IMG/VR virus record: IMGVR_UViG_3300045988_093071
Coordinates: 1 to 31,122 of that record
DNA length: 31,122 nucleotides
From: a virus
Reading direction: 5' to 3' (one strand)
The translations under genes and the position numbers were made by a program. Positions 1-10,090 of this stretch are shown one piece after another (the stretch's first letter is position 1; every line of letters starts with the position of its first letter). The notes beneath the pieces were generated by a model. The model saw nothing but the letters and a program-made list of their open reading frames with translations. It searched no databases and was not told the DNA's origin.

Positions 1-55
1 CAACTCCTACTTTACAAGAGAAACATATAACAATAGATAAAAACCTATCAATGAC
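1..55. repeat. Terminal overlap: 1-55 is identical to 31068-31122 (circular closure of a 31,067-bp genome)
   Basis: Direct comparison of the first and last 55 nt gives an exact match. An ORF is continuous across the junction. Confidence 0.95.
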
Positions 56-878
56 TGAAGTTAAACCTGATGCTGGCTATCAAGGTTTATCAAGTATTGA
101 AGTAGATGTAGAGATTCCAGTTGAGGAGCATAGAGAAGTTACTATTACAGAGAATGGAACTACAATGATTCATCCTGCAGATGGATATGATTATATGGAG
201 TTTATTGATGTAACTGTTAATGTTACGAATCCAATGAATACCTATGATATTACACAAGCTGTAGTTAATTTATATAGGTTTACGGGAACATCTGTTCCTG
301 CAAATGTTGTAGGTTGAGAAAATTTAGTTGATGGAAGATATAAATGTCAAAGATCAAAAATTAAGGAGTTCACTATGCAATTGCCTAAATTAGAAGATGG
401 CAGATATATGTTTACAGAATGTGCTGATTTAACATCATTCACTATTCCAATGCCTGAATTAACAGATGGGTCTAATATGTTTAGCAGAGGTACCTTATCT
501 GGATATAATAGCCTGAAAACACTTAATTTAGACGCTCCTAAATTAGTAACTACTACTAATATGTTTGGAGATTGCATTAGATTAACAGATGTAACATTAA
601 ACATTCCATCATACACATCTCAAGAAAGTTCAATAAATCCTATATTTTCAAAATGTAGTGGAATTACTAATCTTACAGTAAACGGTGAGCTTAGAGCAGG
701 ATTATATCTATCAGCAAGTACCAATCTTACTACTGATTCTTTAATGTCTGTTATTAATGCATTAGTTGATTTAACAGGGGAGAATAGCAAAACTTTAACA
801 TTAGGAGCTACCAATCTGGCAAAATTATCAGATGAACAGAAAGCAATAGCTACTAATAAAAACTGGATATTAGCATAA
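1..878 (+). CDS. BspA-type leucine-rich-repeat (LRR) virion / receptor-binding protein, copy 1. This is the 3' part of a 395-aa gene that starts at 30758 and crosses the circular junction. In-frame TGA at 315-317 is read as Trp.
   Basis: Track ORFs 51..317 and 375..878 share a frame and are separated only by TGA. The frame is open from nt 1 and continuous with 30758..31122. The read-through peptide ENLVDGRYKCQRSKIKEFT mirrors the next LRR unit PKLEDGRYMFTECADLTSFT. The N-terminal half has four ~36-aa repeats (..P[DA]xGY[DQ]xM..V.V.V). The C-terminal LSDEQKAIATNKNW tail is shared with the paralogs at 3418 and 5230. Confidence 0.8.
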
Positions 879-1099
879 TGGAACATTTACATATTGAGAC
901 TAGCATATTTATAAAGTTATACTCTGATGAAGGATATTTTATCACCTCATATAAAGAAGGTGATGATATTAAAGAGTATAGTGCATCAACTATTTTATAT
1001 TGCCCTTTAACCTTTGATATATCTATTTATAGGGTTATTGATGCAGAAACAAATGAAAGATATTTAAAAGAACAAGAGGAATCTTATAAAAATAAATAA
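878..1099 (+). CDS. 73-aa protein, paralog of 4346..4567 (possible fibre assembly or adaptor factor)
   Basis: ATG overlaps the upstream stop (TAATG). It shares YK..DIK.Y......CPL..D.......I..E.....YKEQ with the 4346 ORF, has the same length, and holds the same position between an LRR gene and a fibre gene. Confidence 0.6.
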   Translation: MEHLHIETSIFIKLYSDEGYFITSYKEGDDIKEYSASTILYCPLTFDISIYRVIDAETNERYLKEQEESYKNK

Positions 1100-1100
1100 T

Positions 1101-3416
1101 ATGGCAAACGAAACTGAAAAGACAATTCTTCCCTATCTTAATGTCCTTGAAGTCGAAACAATAGATAAGTCAAATGTGACTAAAGTTATTGTTATTGACA
1201 AGGATGATGAAGTTAAGGTTATGGATGGTTCTCAGTTAGGAACAAACAGTTATTTTGATATTCAAAATAAGCCTGAAATTAATGGAGTTGAGTTAAATGG
1301 AAGTATGACTTCTGATGAACTTGGAATTCCGTCAGTTGAAGGTGTTGATAATCAGATTACTGAGAAACTAGCTGACTATCCAACTAAAGAAGAGGTAACT
1401 GCAGAGATTACTGAAGCCACTGCTGGAAAGCAAAATACACTTGTTCAAGGTGATGGTATAGTAATTGAAGAGAATACTGTTTCTGCAGATTATAATACTA
1501 TTCGTAACAAACCATCTTTAAATGGAACTGAATTATCTGGAGCAGCTTCAATAGTACCTGCCATTAATATTCAATCAGTCCCATCTAAAGTTACTTTAGC
1601 TCCTGTATTTGGTAATCAAACTGGAGAAGCAGTTGAACTTCCAATATATAATACAGAGACTAATCAAGCTGGTATGGTTAATGGTCCTCTATATGCACAA
1701 TTAACAGATAAATATACCAAAGCTGAAATTGATGCTTTAAATACAGCTATTAATAAAGAGATAGCTTCAAAACAGGAAACGCTTACAGCAGGAAAGAATA
1801 TATCTATTATAGATAATGTAATCTCTGCTTTTGAGAATCATTTCTTACTTAATTTAGATGAGAATGATCCTGTAAGACAGAAACATATCTATGACTTTAT
1901 TAGAACTAATCTGGACTTCTATTTATTCTGCCAGATTACATATAAAGGTGATATTATAGTTATTCCTGTTGCAACTATTGAACATCCTGAAACTATTGAT
2001 TTATATGGTTATTATTTCCAAGATAATGGTGTATTAGTAGTTATTAATGCAATCTTAGTAAATAATGGTAATATGACTGTTAAAGTTACTGAGGTTGATC
2101 TTACTAATAAAGGATATACTAAAGAAGAAGTAGATGCCAAACTTGAGGAAAAACAAGGAGTATTTACTCCACAAGCTCCATTAGCTTTTAATGAAGATAA
2201 ATCCCAATTATCTGTAGATTTATCTGGATACCAACCAGTTGGTGATTATGCTTTAAAGAGTGATATCCCAACTAAAGTTAGTGAGCTTACTAATGATTCT
2301 AACTTTGTAACTGAAGCAGAGGTTTCTGGAGATTTAGCAGGTAAAGCAGATAAGACTTATGTTGATGAGCAGCTTGCTACTAAACAGCCTGTAGGAGATT
2401 ATGCAACAAAAACAGAACTTGCTGGTAAAGCTGATTCTTCTGTGGTAGAATCTTTATCTACTCAAGTAGCAACTAATACTTCAGATATATCAATTATTAA
2501 AACAAAACAAGAAGAAGATGGAGATAAGATTGATTCTCTTGATAAAGAGATGGCTACTAAGCAAGATTTACTTGTAAGTGGAACTAATATCAAAACAATC
2601 AATAGTCAGTCTTTACTTGGAGAAGGTAATATAGAAATTGAAAGTGGCTCTAATATTCCATTTCTATTTATAAATTCCACTACTCATCTTTCTGGAGATT
2701 TCGCTGCTGTTAAGAATGCTATAGCTAATAAAACACCATTTGAGCTTTATTATGTAAATATTCTAGGTTATGGTGATATAGCAGCTCCAGAAGTATGTTT
2801 TGTTTCAGGAGAAAATATTCAAGCTACATTCCATTTTGAATCTGGCACAACTAATCATACTTTAGTTACTGCTCAGATTACTCCAACTGGAGTTTCTGTA
2901 GATAAGAGTTACCATAATTATCAAGAACAATTAGTCTCTGGGACTAATATAAAGACTATTAATGGTGAAAGTATTTTAGGAGAAGGTAATCTTGAAATAT
3001 CTGGTAGTGGAGGGACTACCGATTATACTCAGTTAACAAATAAACCTCAGATTAATTCTGTTGAACTTAGTGGTAATAAGAGTCTTGAGGATTTAGGTAT
3101 ACCAACTAAGACATCTGAGCTTACTAACGATAGCGGCTTTTTAACTTCTATTCCTGATGAATATGTTACAGAAACTGAATTAAATGCAGGATTAGGAAAT
3201 AAACAAGACACTTTAGTTAGCGGAACAAATATTAAGACAGTTAATGGAGAAAGCTTGTTAGGTAGTGGAAATATAGATATTGAGAGTGTTTCTAATCCAG
3301 TTACTTATGGAAGTGGAACTCAACCACAAGTTCATACTATTCTTGTGGTAACTCAGTCTGAATATGATGCTATTTCAAGTAAAGATCCAAATACTCAATA
3401 TTTAATTGTAGAGTAA
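1101..3416 (+). CDS. Long tail fibre (771 aa) with internal repeats
   Basis: Intact ORF. It has three copies of LVSGTNIKT[IV]N[GS][EQ]S[LI]LG[ES]GN[IL].I (about nt 2571-2640, 2931-3000, 3213-3284) and three NKP.[IL]N[GS].EL.G motifs. Fibre-type motifs LSVDLSGYQPVGDYA and SELTNDS[NG]F are present. The protein contains no Trp. Confidence 0.75.
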   Translation: MANETEKTILPYLNVLEVETIDKSNVTKVIVIDKDDEVKVMDGSQLGTNSYFDIQNKPEINGVELNGSMTSDELGIPSVEGVDNQITEKLADYPTKEEVTAEITEATAGKQNTLVQGDGIVIEENTVSADYNTIRNKPSLNGTELSGAASIVPAINIQSVPSKVTLAPVFGNQTGEAVELPIYNTETNQAGMVNGPLYAQLTDKYTKAEIDALNTAINKEIASKQETLTAGKNISIIDNVISAFENHFLLNLDENDPVRQKHIYDFIRTNLDFYLFCQITYKGDIIVIPVATIEHPETIDLYGYYFQDNGVLVVINAILVNNGNMTVKVTEVDLTNKGYTKEEVDAKLEEKQGVFTPQAPLAFNEDKSQLSVDLSGYQPVGDYALKSDIPTKVSELTNDSNFVTEAEVSGDLAGKADKTYVDEQLATKQPVGDYATKTELAGKADSSVVESLSTQVATNTSDISIIKTKQEEDGDKIDSLDKEMATKQDLLVSGTNIKTINSQSLLGEGNIEIESGSNIPFLFINSTTHLSGDFAAVKNAIANKTPFELYYVNILGYGDIAAPEVCFVSGENIQATFHFESGTTNHTLVTAQITPTGVSVDKSYHNYQEQLVSGTNIKTINGESILGEGNLEISGSGGTTDYTQLTNKPQINSVELSGNKSLEDLGIPTKTSELTNDSGFLTSIPDEYVTETELNAGLGNKQDTLVSGTNIKTVNGESLLGSGNIDIESVSNPVTYGSGTQPQVHTILVVTQSEYDAISSKDPNTQYLIVE

Positions 3417-3417
3417 T

Positions 3418-4344
3418 ATGAATATTCGAGATAATTTAAAAGCTTTTTATGTAGGTAACAGACAAGGTACTGCCATATATGTTGGCAGTACCAAAGTCTG
3501 GCCTATTGATCCTTGTAATCCTATAACCTTTATAGACCCAGAATTTGGAAGTCAAGTTAAAATGCATTTATTAGATGATAAACCTGTAACGGATTGTAAT
3601 ATAGACAGTGTAAAAAGCTGATATTATCCAAATTCTTTAAATGATTCTGCATTTACTGGTTCTGCTGTAGTTACTAACGAGGATTATAAAAAATTCAATG
3701 TTCCTGCATCTAATGATGATTATGTGGTATTTATGAGACTTTTTCAAAGTTGCGCCGATTTAACTACATTTGATACTGGAATGGTTGAAGGTGGAGAAGA
3801 TAAATTAGGATTGTTATACAATATGGGCGGTTTTTATTGTACATTACAAGGATGTACTTCATTAACTACTATTATAGGAGATTTTGATGGTTCTAAGATA
3901 TATAATTATAACTGGATGTTTGGAAATTGTAGATCTTTAATTACGGCTCCAAATATAACATTTCCTCATAGGGATTATTTAGTAACTCATACAGTTAATG
4001 TAAGCAGATTATTTGATGGTTGTACTTCATTAACCACCATACCTTTATATGATGCATATTCTTGGGAATATTTAAGTCTTACGTTTAATCGTTTATCTAA
4101 TTTAGAGAATGTTGGAGGGTTTAAAGATATAGGAAAATGCTTTACTACTAACTCCTTTGCTGGATTAAATTTTGAAGATAGCCCAAAGTTAACTAATCAA
4201 TCAGTACAGAATATAATTAATAATTTAGCTATTCCAAGAGAATCACTTGCTGGAGTTATAAAATTTGCAGAGAATGTTTACAATTCATTAACAGAGGAAC
4301 AAAAATCACAAATCACCAGTAAAGGCTGGTCAGTAACATACTAA
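3418..4344 (+). CDS. BspA-type LRR virion / receptor-binding protein, copy 2 (308 aa). In-frame TGA at 3619-3621.
   Basis: Track ORFs 3418..3621 and 3724..4344 share a frame with no TAA/TAG in the linker. LRR units F..C..LTT[IF] recur. The C-terminal YNSLTEEQKSQITSKGW tail matches copies 1 and 3. Confidence 0.8.
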
Positions 4345-4345
4345 T

Positions 4346-4567
4346 ATGAAAGTTGAAATTAAAGAAAAGTATCAAGTAGTTAAGCCTGAAGATAGTATGC
4401 TTCTGACTAACTATAAAGACGAAATGGACATTAAAGGGTATAACTCATTTAAAGAGTGTATTTGTCCATTAGATTGCGATTTAACTCATCTAAGAGAAAT
4501 ATCCCTGGAACAAGACAGGATTTATAAAGAACAAGCTGAGAAGGCTATTGAAGAATCTCTTAAATAA
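4346..4567 (+). CDS. 73-aa protein, paralog of 878..1099
   Basis: Same length, same conserved CPL/YKEQ pattern and same position as 878..1099. Confidence 0.6.
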   Translation: MKVEIKEKYQVVKPEDSMLLTNYKDEMDIKGYNSFKECICPLDCDLTHLREISLEQDRIYKEQAEKAIEESLK

Positions 4568-4574
4568 TAAAACT

Positions 4575-5228
4575 ATGATTATATTAAAGAATACTAAGAA
4601 TACTCAGACCTTCTATGTTAGTAAGAAATGTGGTATTGAGACAGCTCAGCTTCCAGTTGGTTCTTATACAAAGATTGAAGCAGATGCTAGATTTCAACCT
4701 AAAGGTAATTACATTTCTGAAGAGAAAGCAGAAGAGTTAATTGATACTAAAGTAACAGAAAGTATTGAAGATCAAGTTCCCCCTTTAGTAGATCAATCTA
4801 TAGATGCTAAGCTTGTTCCAATTAATACTGAGATTACTAATCTTAAAGGGGAAGTTGAGGAGTTAGAAACTTCTAAGATGGAAGTATTCCAAGCTAATCA
4901 ACCTCTATCTTTACATAGAAATGGAGAAGGTTTGCAACTATCTGTAGATTTAAGTAATTATGCAACTAAAGCAGAAATTCCTGATACTAGTGATTTTGCT
5001 ACTAAAGAAGAGCTTACAGCTGTAGAGAATAAGATTCCTGATGTATCTGGATTAGCTACGAAAGATGAAGTTGCACTTAAAGCAGATAAAAGTGAGTTAT
5101 CAAACTATGTAACTACAGATGCATATAATACAAAGATGACAGAGTTAGATGGAGAAATCTCAGCAATTCAAGCTCAGATTGGTAATATTTCAACTACTCT
5201 TGATACAATTAATGGTGAGGTAATCTAA
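4575..5228 (+). CDS. Short tail fibre (about 217 aa; alternative start at 4548)
   Basis: It shares PL...LSVDLS.Y.....IP and repeated ATK.E[LV] segments with the 771-aa fibre, and has a coiled-coil-like C-terminus. ATG 4575 follows the upstream stop by 7 nt, whereas ATG 4548 would overlap it by 20 nt. Confidence 0.65.
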   Translation: MIILKNTKNTQTFYVSKKCGIETAQLPVGSYTKIEADARFQPKGNYISEEKAEELIDTKVTESIEDQVPPLVDQSIDAKLVPINTEITNLKGEVEELETSKMEVFQANQPLSLHRNGEGLQLSVDLSNYATKAEIPDTSDFATKEELTAVENKIPDVSGLATKDEVALKADKSELSNYVTTDAYNTKMTELDGEISAIQAQIGNISTTLDTINGEVI

Positions 5229-5229
5229 T

Positions 5230-6201
5230 ATGGCAAATACAATTTCTGATAAATTAACGTATCTTGAAGGTACTAAGAGTGCCATTAAAGATGCTATTGT
5301 AGCTAAAGGTGTTGCTGTATCAGATTCCGATACCTTTAGAAGCTATGCAGATAAGATAGGACAGATTTCTGGAGGTGGTGGAGGAAAGGTTAATTTAAAT
5401 GATTATGGATTAACATTTGCATATTCTAGTATGACACAAGAGCAATATAATAATATAGAATATTCTCTTCCAGATAATATAAATCATTGATTTGATGGGA
5501 CTAATTTCATATCTACAATAGATATATCAAGTCATATTGATCTGTCTAAAGTATATGACGCATCATATGCCTTCCAAAACACATATAATATATATATTGA
5601 TAATATAAGAACTAATGTTGGGGATTCGTACACATTTTCTGGATTTCAAGGCATACTAAATAATTTAGAATTAATTAATACCTTATCCTCTAGTTGAAAT
5701 TATGCAACAAGAACATTCTTTAATGCTTCTAATTTACCAACTACTTTAAAAGTGATAAATGAAGTTGATACTGGTGTATCATCTTTACAATTTTTCTTTT
5801 ATGCTGTTAGCAGTAATGTTCCTGAAATTGAAGTTATTAATGGACAACTGTCTTTATATAATTACTTTAGTTCATATAATGAGGGTGTTACAACAGTAGG
5901 AAAAATTAAATTAAATAATTGCACATTAACAGAAGATCTAAATAAAACTTCAATATGTGTATCTGCTAATACTATTGTTACTTATTTTGGGGGTGTTGAA
6001 GGAGCTGATAAAAGTATGAATTTAGCAAATTTTAGAGCACTAAATAGTCAATCAGTAACTGATATTATTACAAATGTTAGTGATTTAACTGGAAAGGATA
6101 CCAAAACTTTAACTTTTTATACTAACGTTTATAATGCACTTACTGAGGAACAGAAATCATTAGCTGCATCTAAAAACTGAACTTTAGCAAGTTCAAACTA
6201 A
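5230..6201 (+). CDS. BspA-type LRR virion / receptor-binding protein, copy 3 (323 aa). In-frame TGAs at 5488, 5695 and 6178.
   Basis: Track ORFs 5230..5490 and 5752..6180 share a frame and the linker has no TAA/TAG. The true stop is TAA at 6199-6201. The N-terminus KLTYLEGTKSAIKDAIVAKGV..DTFRSYADKI is typical of gut-phage fibre-like proteins. The C-terminal YNALTEEQKSLAASKNW tail matches copies 1 and 2. Confidence 0.8.
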
Positions 6202-6202
6202 T

Positions 6203-6252
6203 TGTCAGTTTTTATTTTTTCTTAGTACTTTGAGTGAGTAAAAAACTTGACA
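6203..6252. repeat. 50-nt palindromic element, copy D (TGTCAGTTTTT ... AAAAACTTGACA)
   Basis: It starts 1 nt after the stop codon. It has the same 50-nt length and architecture as the copies at 14164, 19289 and 27872. Both arms carry the same changes relative to the other copies (TGTAAC becomes TGTCA(A)G). Confidence 0.8.
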
Positions 6253-6278
6253 TTAAAGGAGGCTTAGGTCTCCTTTAA
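6253..6278 (+). terminator. Intrinsic terminator hairpin
   Basis: TTAAAGGAG-gcttaggt-CTCCTTTAA is a 9-bp stem followed by a T-rich tract (ttattttaat). It ends the fibre/LRR operon. Confidence 0.7.
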
Positions 6279-6354
6279 TTATTTTAATACATTAGTAAAT
6301 TAGTTTATATTTTAAGAAAAAGATATGTAAAACTAATGTAAATTGCTGTAAAAT

Positions 6355-6747
6355 ATGAATTATACTCTATTAATGCAAAATACAACTACTAAAGAAGTTT
6401 ATACATTTGATCTTGAAAATCAGAATTATTCTGAGAATATCTACTATAAGTTTGATATTACACTTCAAGAAGGAATGAGAGACGGTGAATATCAATATAT
6501 TTTATTTACTAATCCAAATAAATTTCAAGTTATAGTTGATGTAAACAATCCATTTAGATCAGAGTTATATGGCAATCCAGTTATTCTGGTTACATATAAT
6601 AATACTCTTACTAATGGTACTCAGATATTAGTTGCTGGTAAACCAATACCTATATTGGGAACAGGATTAATAAGAATTGGAGATTATGAGAATAATAATT
6701 ATCAATACGACAAACCTAATACATACGTAAGTTATGAGCGAAAATAA
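6355..6747 (+). CDS. Hypothetical protein (130 aa)
   Basis: Intact ORF and first gene after the terminator. I recognised no motif. Confidence 0.5.
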   Translation: MNYTLLMQNTTTKEVYTFDLENQNYSENIYYKFDITLQEGMRDGEYQYILFTNPNKFQVIVDVNNPFRSELYGNPVILVTYNNTLTNGTQILVAGKPIPILGTGLIRIGDYENNNYQYDKPNTYVSYERK

Positions 6748-7825
6748 AACAAAAGTTCAGTTAAGTGCTATTGATCCATTTATTGCAAGTAATATCGTAT
6801 TACCTACAGAAACTAAAGTAAGAGGAAAAGATTATGTAATGTGAGGAGAAGATAATAAATATCCATTATATCTATGGGATCTATATTTAAATGTAGCTAC
6901 TCTTCAATCTATCATTAATGGTACTGCTGACTTTATTGTTGGTAACGATGTTAAATGTAATGCTCCAGGATTTGAAGTAGTTGTAAACAAGAAAGGTGAG
7001 ACTATTATGGATATTATGCGTAAAGTATCTAAAGATAAGATGATTTTTGGAGGATATGCTTTACAAATAATTAGAGATATGTTAGGTAGAGTTTCAGAGA
7101 TCTATCATCTTGACTTTATGAAGATTCGTTCTGATGAAAAGAATGAAGTATTCTATTATGCTGATGATTGGTCTGCTTGGTCTATTAAAGCTATCAAATA
7201 TCCAAAATTTAATTATTCAGATGATAATCCTACAAGTGTTGTTTATAATAAGGGTTATATAACAAGAAAAGTATATCCAGTCCCTGTTTATGGTGCAGCT
7301 ATCCTATCTTGCGAAACTGAGAAGAATATTAATGAGTTCCATCTAAATTCTCTTCATAATGGATTTATGGGCAATCTTATCATTAACTTTAATAATGGAC
7401 AGCCTACAGACGAAGTTAAAGAAGAGATTGAGATGAATATCAATGAGAAGTTCTCTGGTTATCAGAATGCTGGTAGAGTTCTTATTTCATATAATGATGA
7501 TGAAACAAATAAGACTACTATTGAGCGTTTAGATTCTGATGATTTTGATGAGAAATATAGTGCTTTATCTGATAGGACAAGAGAACAGATATTCTGCGCA
7601 TTTAGAGCTAATAGTGTACTTTTTGGCCTTAACTACTCAAGTGGATTCAACGAACAAGAATTTAATGAAGCTTTTAAACTTTATAATCGTACAGTAGTTA
7701 GACCAATTCAGGTCGAAATAGTAGATACATTTGATAAGATATTTGGAATGAAAGGTTCAATAACTATAACTCCTTTTAGCTTAACTCCAAATGGACAAGA
7801 AGATAGCAAACAAAATGTTGAATAA
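6734..7825 (+). CDS. Portal protein, PBSX/P2-like size class (363 aa). In-frame TGA at 6842-6844.
   Basis: ATG 6734 is in frame with track ORF 7007..7825. The N-terminal ..KYPLYLWDLYLNVATLQSIINGTADFIVGNDV.. resembles the conserved N-terminal block of PBSX-family portals. The family call is from memory. Confidence 0.6.
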
Positions 7826-8423
7826 TTATACTGTTTATTGCCATATAAATAAGTATAACAATAAGCTATATTTTGGCATTACTGGACAAAGTGTGCAAGC
7901 TAGGTGAAAAAATGGATATGGATACTCTACTCAAGCTTACTTTTATAAAGCGATACAAAAATATAGCTGAGATGGATTTGAACATATCATAATTAAAGAT
8001 AATTTACCAGAAGCTTGTGCTAAGACATTAGAAAGGATATTGATACATAAATATAAAACAAATACTCCTGAAAATGGTTACAATATAACATCAGGAGGAG
8101 AAGGTACATACGGGTATTCTTTTTCTAATGAGAGTAGAGCAAAAATGTCAAATTCTAAAAAAGGTAAAACACCCTGGAATAAAGGAAAGAAAGGAATCTA
8201 TACTTTGGAAACACTTATTAAAATTGGAAATGCTTCCAAAGGACGAATTACTAGAGTTAAGCCTATATTAAGATTTGATATGAATGGGAATTTTATTGCA
8301 AGATATAATTCAATGAAAGAAGCTGTTAAATCAGTTAATGGAGAACGTTCTGGATTATATTTAGCTTTAAAAGAAAATAGACCTTATAAAAACAATAAAT
8401 TTATTTATGATGGAACAACTTAA
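7815..8423 (+). CDS. Free-standing GIY-YIG homing endonuclease 1 (202 aa). In-frame TGAs at 7905 and 7968.
   Basis: It reads MLNNYTVYCHINKYNNKLYFGITGQSVQARWKNGYGY...KYSWDGFEH...NITSGGEG, followed by NUMOD3-like SxExRxKxS/GKxPWNKGKK repeats and a C-terminal DNA-binding-like tail. The start overlaps the portal stop by 11 nt. Confidence 0.85.
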
Positions 8424-9096
8424 CTATAGAAATGTACTGCTTATTTCAGAAGACTATATAAAGTCAAATTCTACATTAGATAACAATATATCGGGTAAAT
8501 ATTTACAAGCAGCCATCACAAGTGCTCAAGATGTAGAACTTCAGTCAACTATTGGTACTAAGCTATTGGAAGCATTACAAAAGAAATGTATTAATTGGAT
8601 TGATCCTCATACTCCAGTTCATCCAATAGAGCCTCCTGAGCCACTTCCAAGTGATTCTATTGATGATTCTGATAACTACAGATATAAAGAGCTATTAGAC
8701 TATTATGTTCAGCCTTATTTACTTTATCAAGTACTTAGTGAGATAGTAATTCCTATATCTTATAAGCTTGGTAATTTTGGAGTTATGAGAACTGATGATG
8801 AGAAGGATATTGCTGCTGAAGCAAGTCAAGTAAATCAAATTAAGAAGTATTATAGAGATAAGGCGGATTTCTTTAAGACTCGTTTACAGGACTTTATAAT
8901 TACATATTATAATGAATTCCCTGAGCTTTATACATATAAGCCATTAAAGGATATGTTTCCCAATCTTTATTCTAGCTCATCTTGCAATATCTGGCTTGGT
9001 GGTGCAAGAGGTAAAGGATGGAGCATTAAACCTGGAGAGGGACCTCTTCAAAGAGCTTATGATTTCCCTTCAAGTAATAATAAAAAGAGTAAGTAA
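8407..9096 (+). CDS. Hypothetical virion protein, possible head-tail connector or adaptor (229 aa)
   Basis: It lies next to the portal region. The N-terminal I..DYI...S.L..NI....L..AI..AQ...L...LG..L pattern resembles gp6-like connector proteins. This is weak evidence. Confidence 0.35.
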   Translation: MMEQLNYRNVLLISEDYIKSNSTLDNNISGKYLQAAITSAQDVELQSTIGTKLLEALQKKCINWIDPHTPVHPIEPPEPLPSDSIDDSDNYRYKELLDYYVQPYLLYQVLSEIVIPISYKLGNFGVMRTDDEKDIAAEASQVNQIKKYYRDKADFFKTRLQDFIITYYNEFPELYTYKPLKDMFPNLYSSSSCNIWLGGARGKGWSIKPGEGPLQRAYDFPSSNNKKSK

Positions 9097-9098
9097 TT

Positions 9099-9524
9099 AT
9101 GACCTACTATGAGATAATTAGCAATTTAAAAGCTTGTGCATTAGAAGAGCCAAACATCAATTTTGTAGGAAGTAAAGACATTTATGAGTTAAATAGCTTA
9201 CCAACTATTGAGTATAATGTGTTCTATATAACACCTAATACTTTTAGTGTAGATGAAGATACTATTACTTACTCTTTAAACCTATACTTCGTATCAAGAT
9301 GGGATGAGACTGATAACAACCAATTGGAGGAACAGTCAGCAGGTATGCTTGCACTGCAAAATATAATTAATCGTTTTAATAACCTATATCCAGAAGTTGA
9401 AATAGCTTATCCTTTAATTTATACTCCATTCTATCAAAAGTTCAAAGATATTACCTGTGGAGTGTTTGTTAGAGCTGATTTCCAAGTTGACAACACATTA
9501 GGCTTATGTCAAGACAGTATGTAG
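9099..9524 (+). CDS. Hypothetical virion protein (141 aa)
   Basis: Intact ORF ending in TAG, tightly coupled to the upstream gene. Confidence 0.45.
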   Translation: MTYYEIISNLKACALEEPNINFVGSKDIYELNSLPTIEYNVFYITPNTFSVDEDTITYSLNLYFVSRWDETDNNQLEEQSAGMLALQNIINRFNNLYPEVEIAYPLIYTPFYQKFKDITCGVFVRADFQVDNTLGLCQDSM

Positions 9525-10090
9525 TTTATATTCATACTTTTCCAAATGGGAAAAGATATGTTGGATTGACTACTCAATCAGTAAATAGTAGATGAAGAGG
9601 TGGAGAAGGATATAAAGATCAATTTGTTTATAAACCAATTAAAAAGTACGGTTGAAACAATATTAAACACACTATTTATTATGTAAATAGTGAATCAGAA
9701 ATGAAATATCTTGAAAAATACTTCTTTAGCTATTATAATACTACAGATTTAAGATTTGGTTATAATAGAACTGACACAAGTAATCATCCTATAGTTTCTA
9801 ATGAAACTAAAGTTATTATTTCTGAATTTGCTAAAACTAGAATAGGAAATAAAAATCCATTTTATGGTAAGCATCATTCGGAAGAAACTAAGGAATTAAT
9901 ACGCAAGAAAAATCAAAACTATGGAACTAAAGCTATTAGTCAATACACTTTAGATGGAAGATTTATAAAATCTTATAAAAGTATAAGATCAGCAGCAAGA
10001 GAGTTAAACATAACTTCTTCTTTAATATCTTCAGTTTTAAGTGGTAGGCAAAAACAAACTAAAGGATATACCTTTAAGTATAATATGTAA
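9506..10090 (+). CDS. Free-standing GIY-YIG homing endonuclease 2 (194 aa). In-frame TGAs at 9593 and 9653.
   Basis: It reads MSRQYVVYIHTFPNGKRYVGLTTQSVNSRWRGGEGY...KKYGWNNIKH, followed by NUMOD3-like repeats and a C-terminal AARELNITSSLISSVLSG helix-turn-helix. The start overlaps the upstream gene by 19 nt. Confidence 0.85.

Noticed and set aside
1-55. The 55-nt identical ends as a biological direct terminal repeat or a repeat family
   Set aside because: The length equals a common assembler k-mer, the repeat lies inside an ORF that reads through it in phase, and no other copies exist. It is best explained as circular-assembly overlap.
347-886. Minus-strand track ORFs 347..616 and 620..886
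   Set aside because: They are antisense to the LRR gene, which has repeat structure and paralogs supporting the plus-strand frame. Long antisense ORFs are expected in AT-rich, stop-poor sequence.
4548-4574. ATG 4548 as the start of the short fibre
   Set aside because: It would overlap the upstream gene by 20 nt and add a peptide that duplicates the upstream gene's tail in another frame. ATG 4575 just after the stop is more economical, but 4548 cannot be excluded.
1-6201. A diversity-generating retroelement or invertible shufflon acting on the LRR paralogs
   Set aside because: There is no reverse transcriptase, recombinase or template/variable repeat pair. The paralogs differ throughout rather than at adenine-specific positions, and no flanking inverted repeats were seen.
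6187-6201. GCAAGTTCAAACTAA as a possible tRNA T-arm
   Set aside because: There are no flanking 5-bp stems and no acceptor or anticodon arms. The sequence is the in-frame 3' end of gene 5230..6201.
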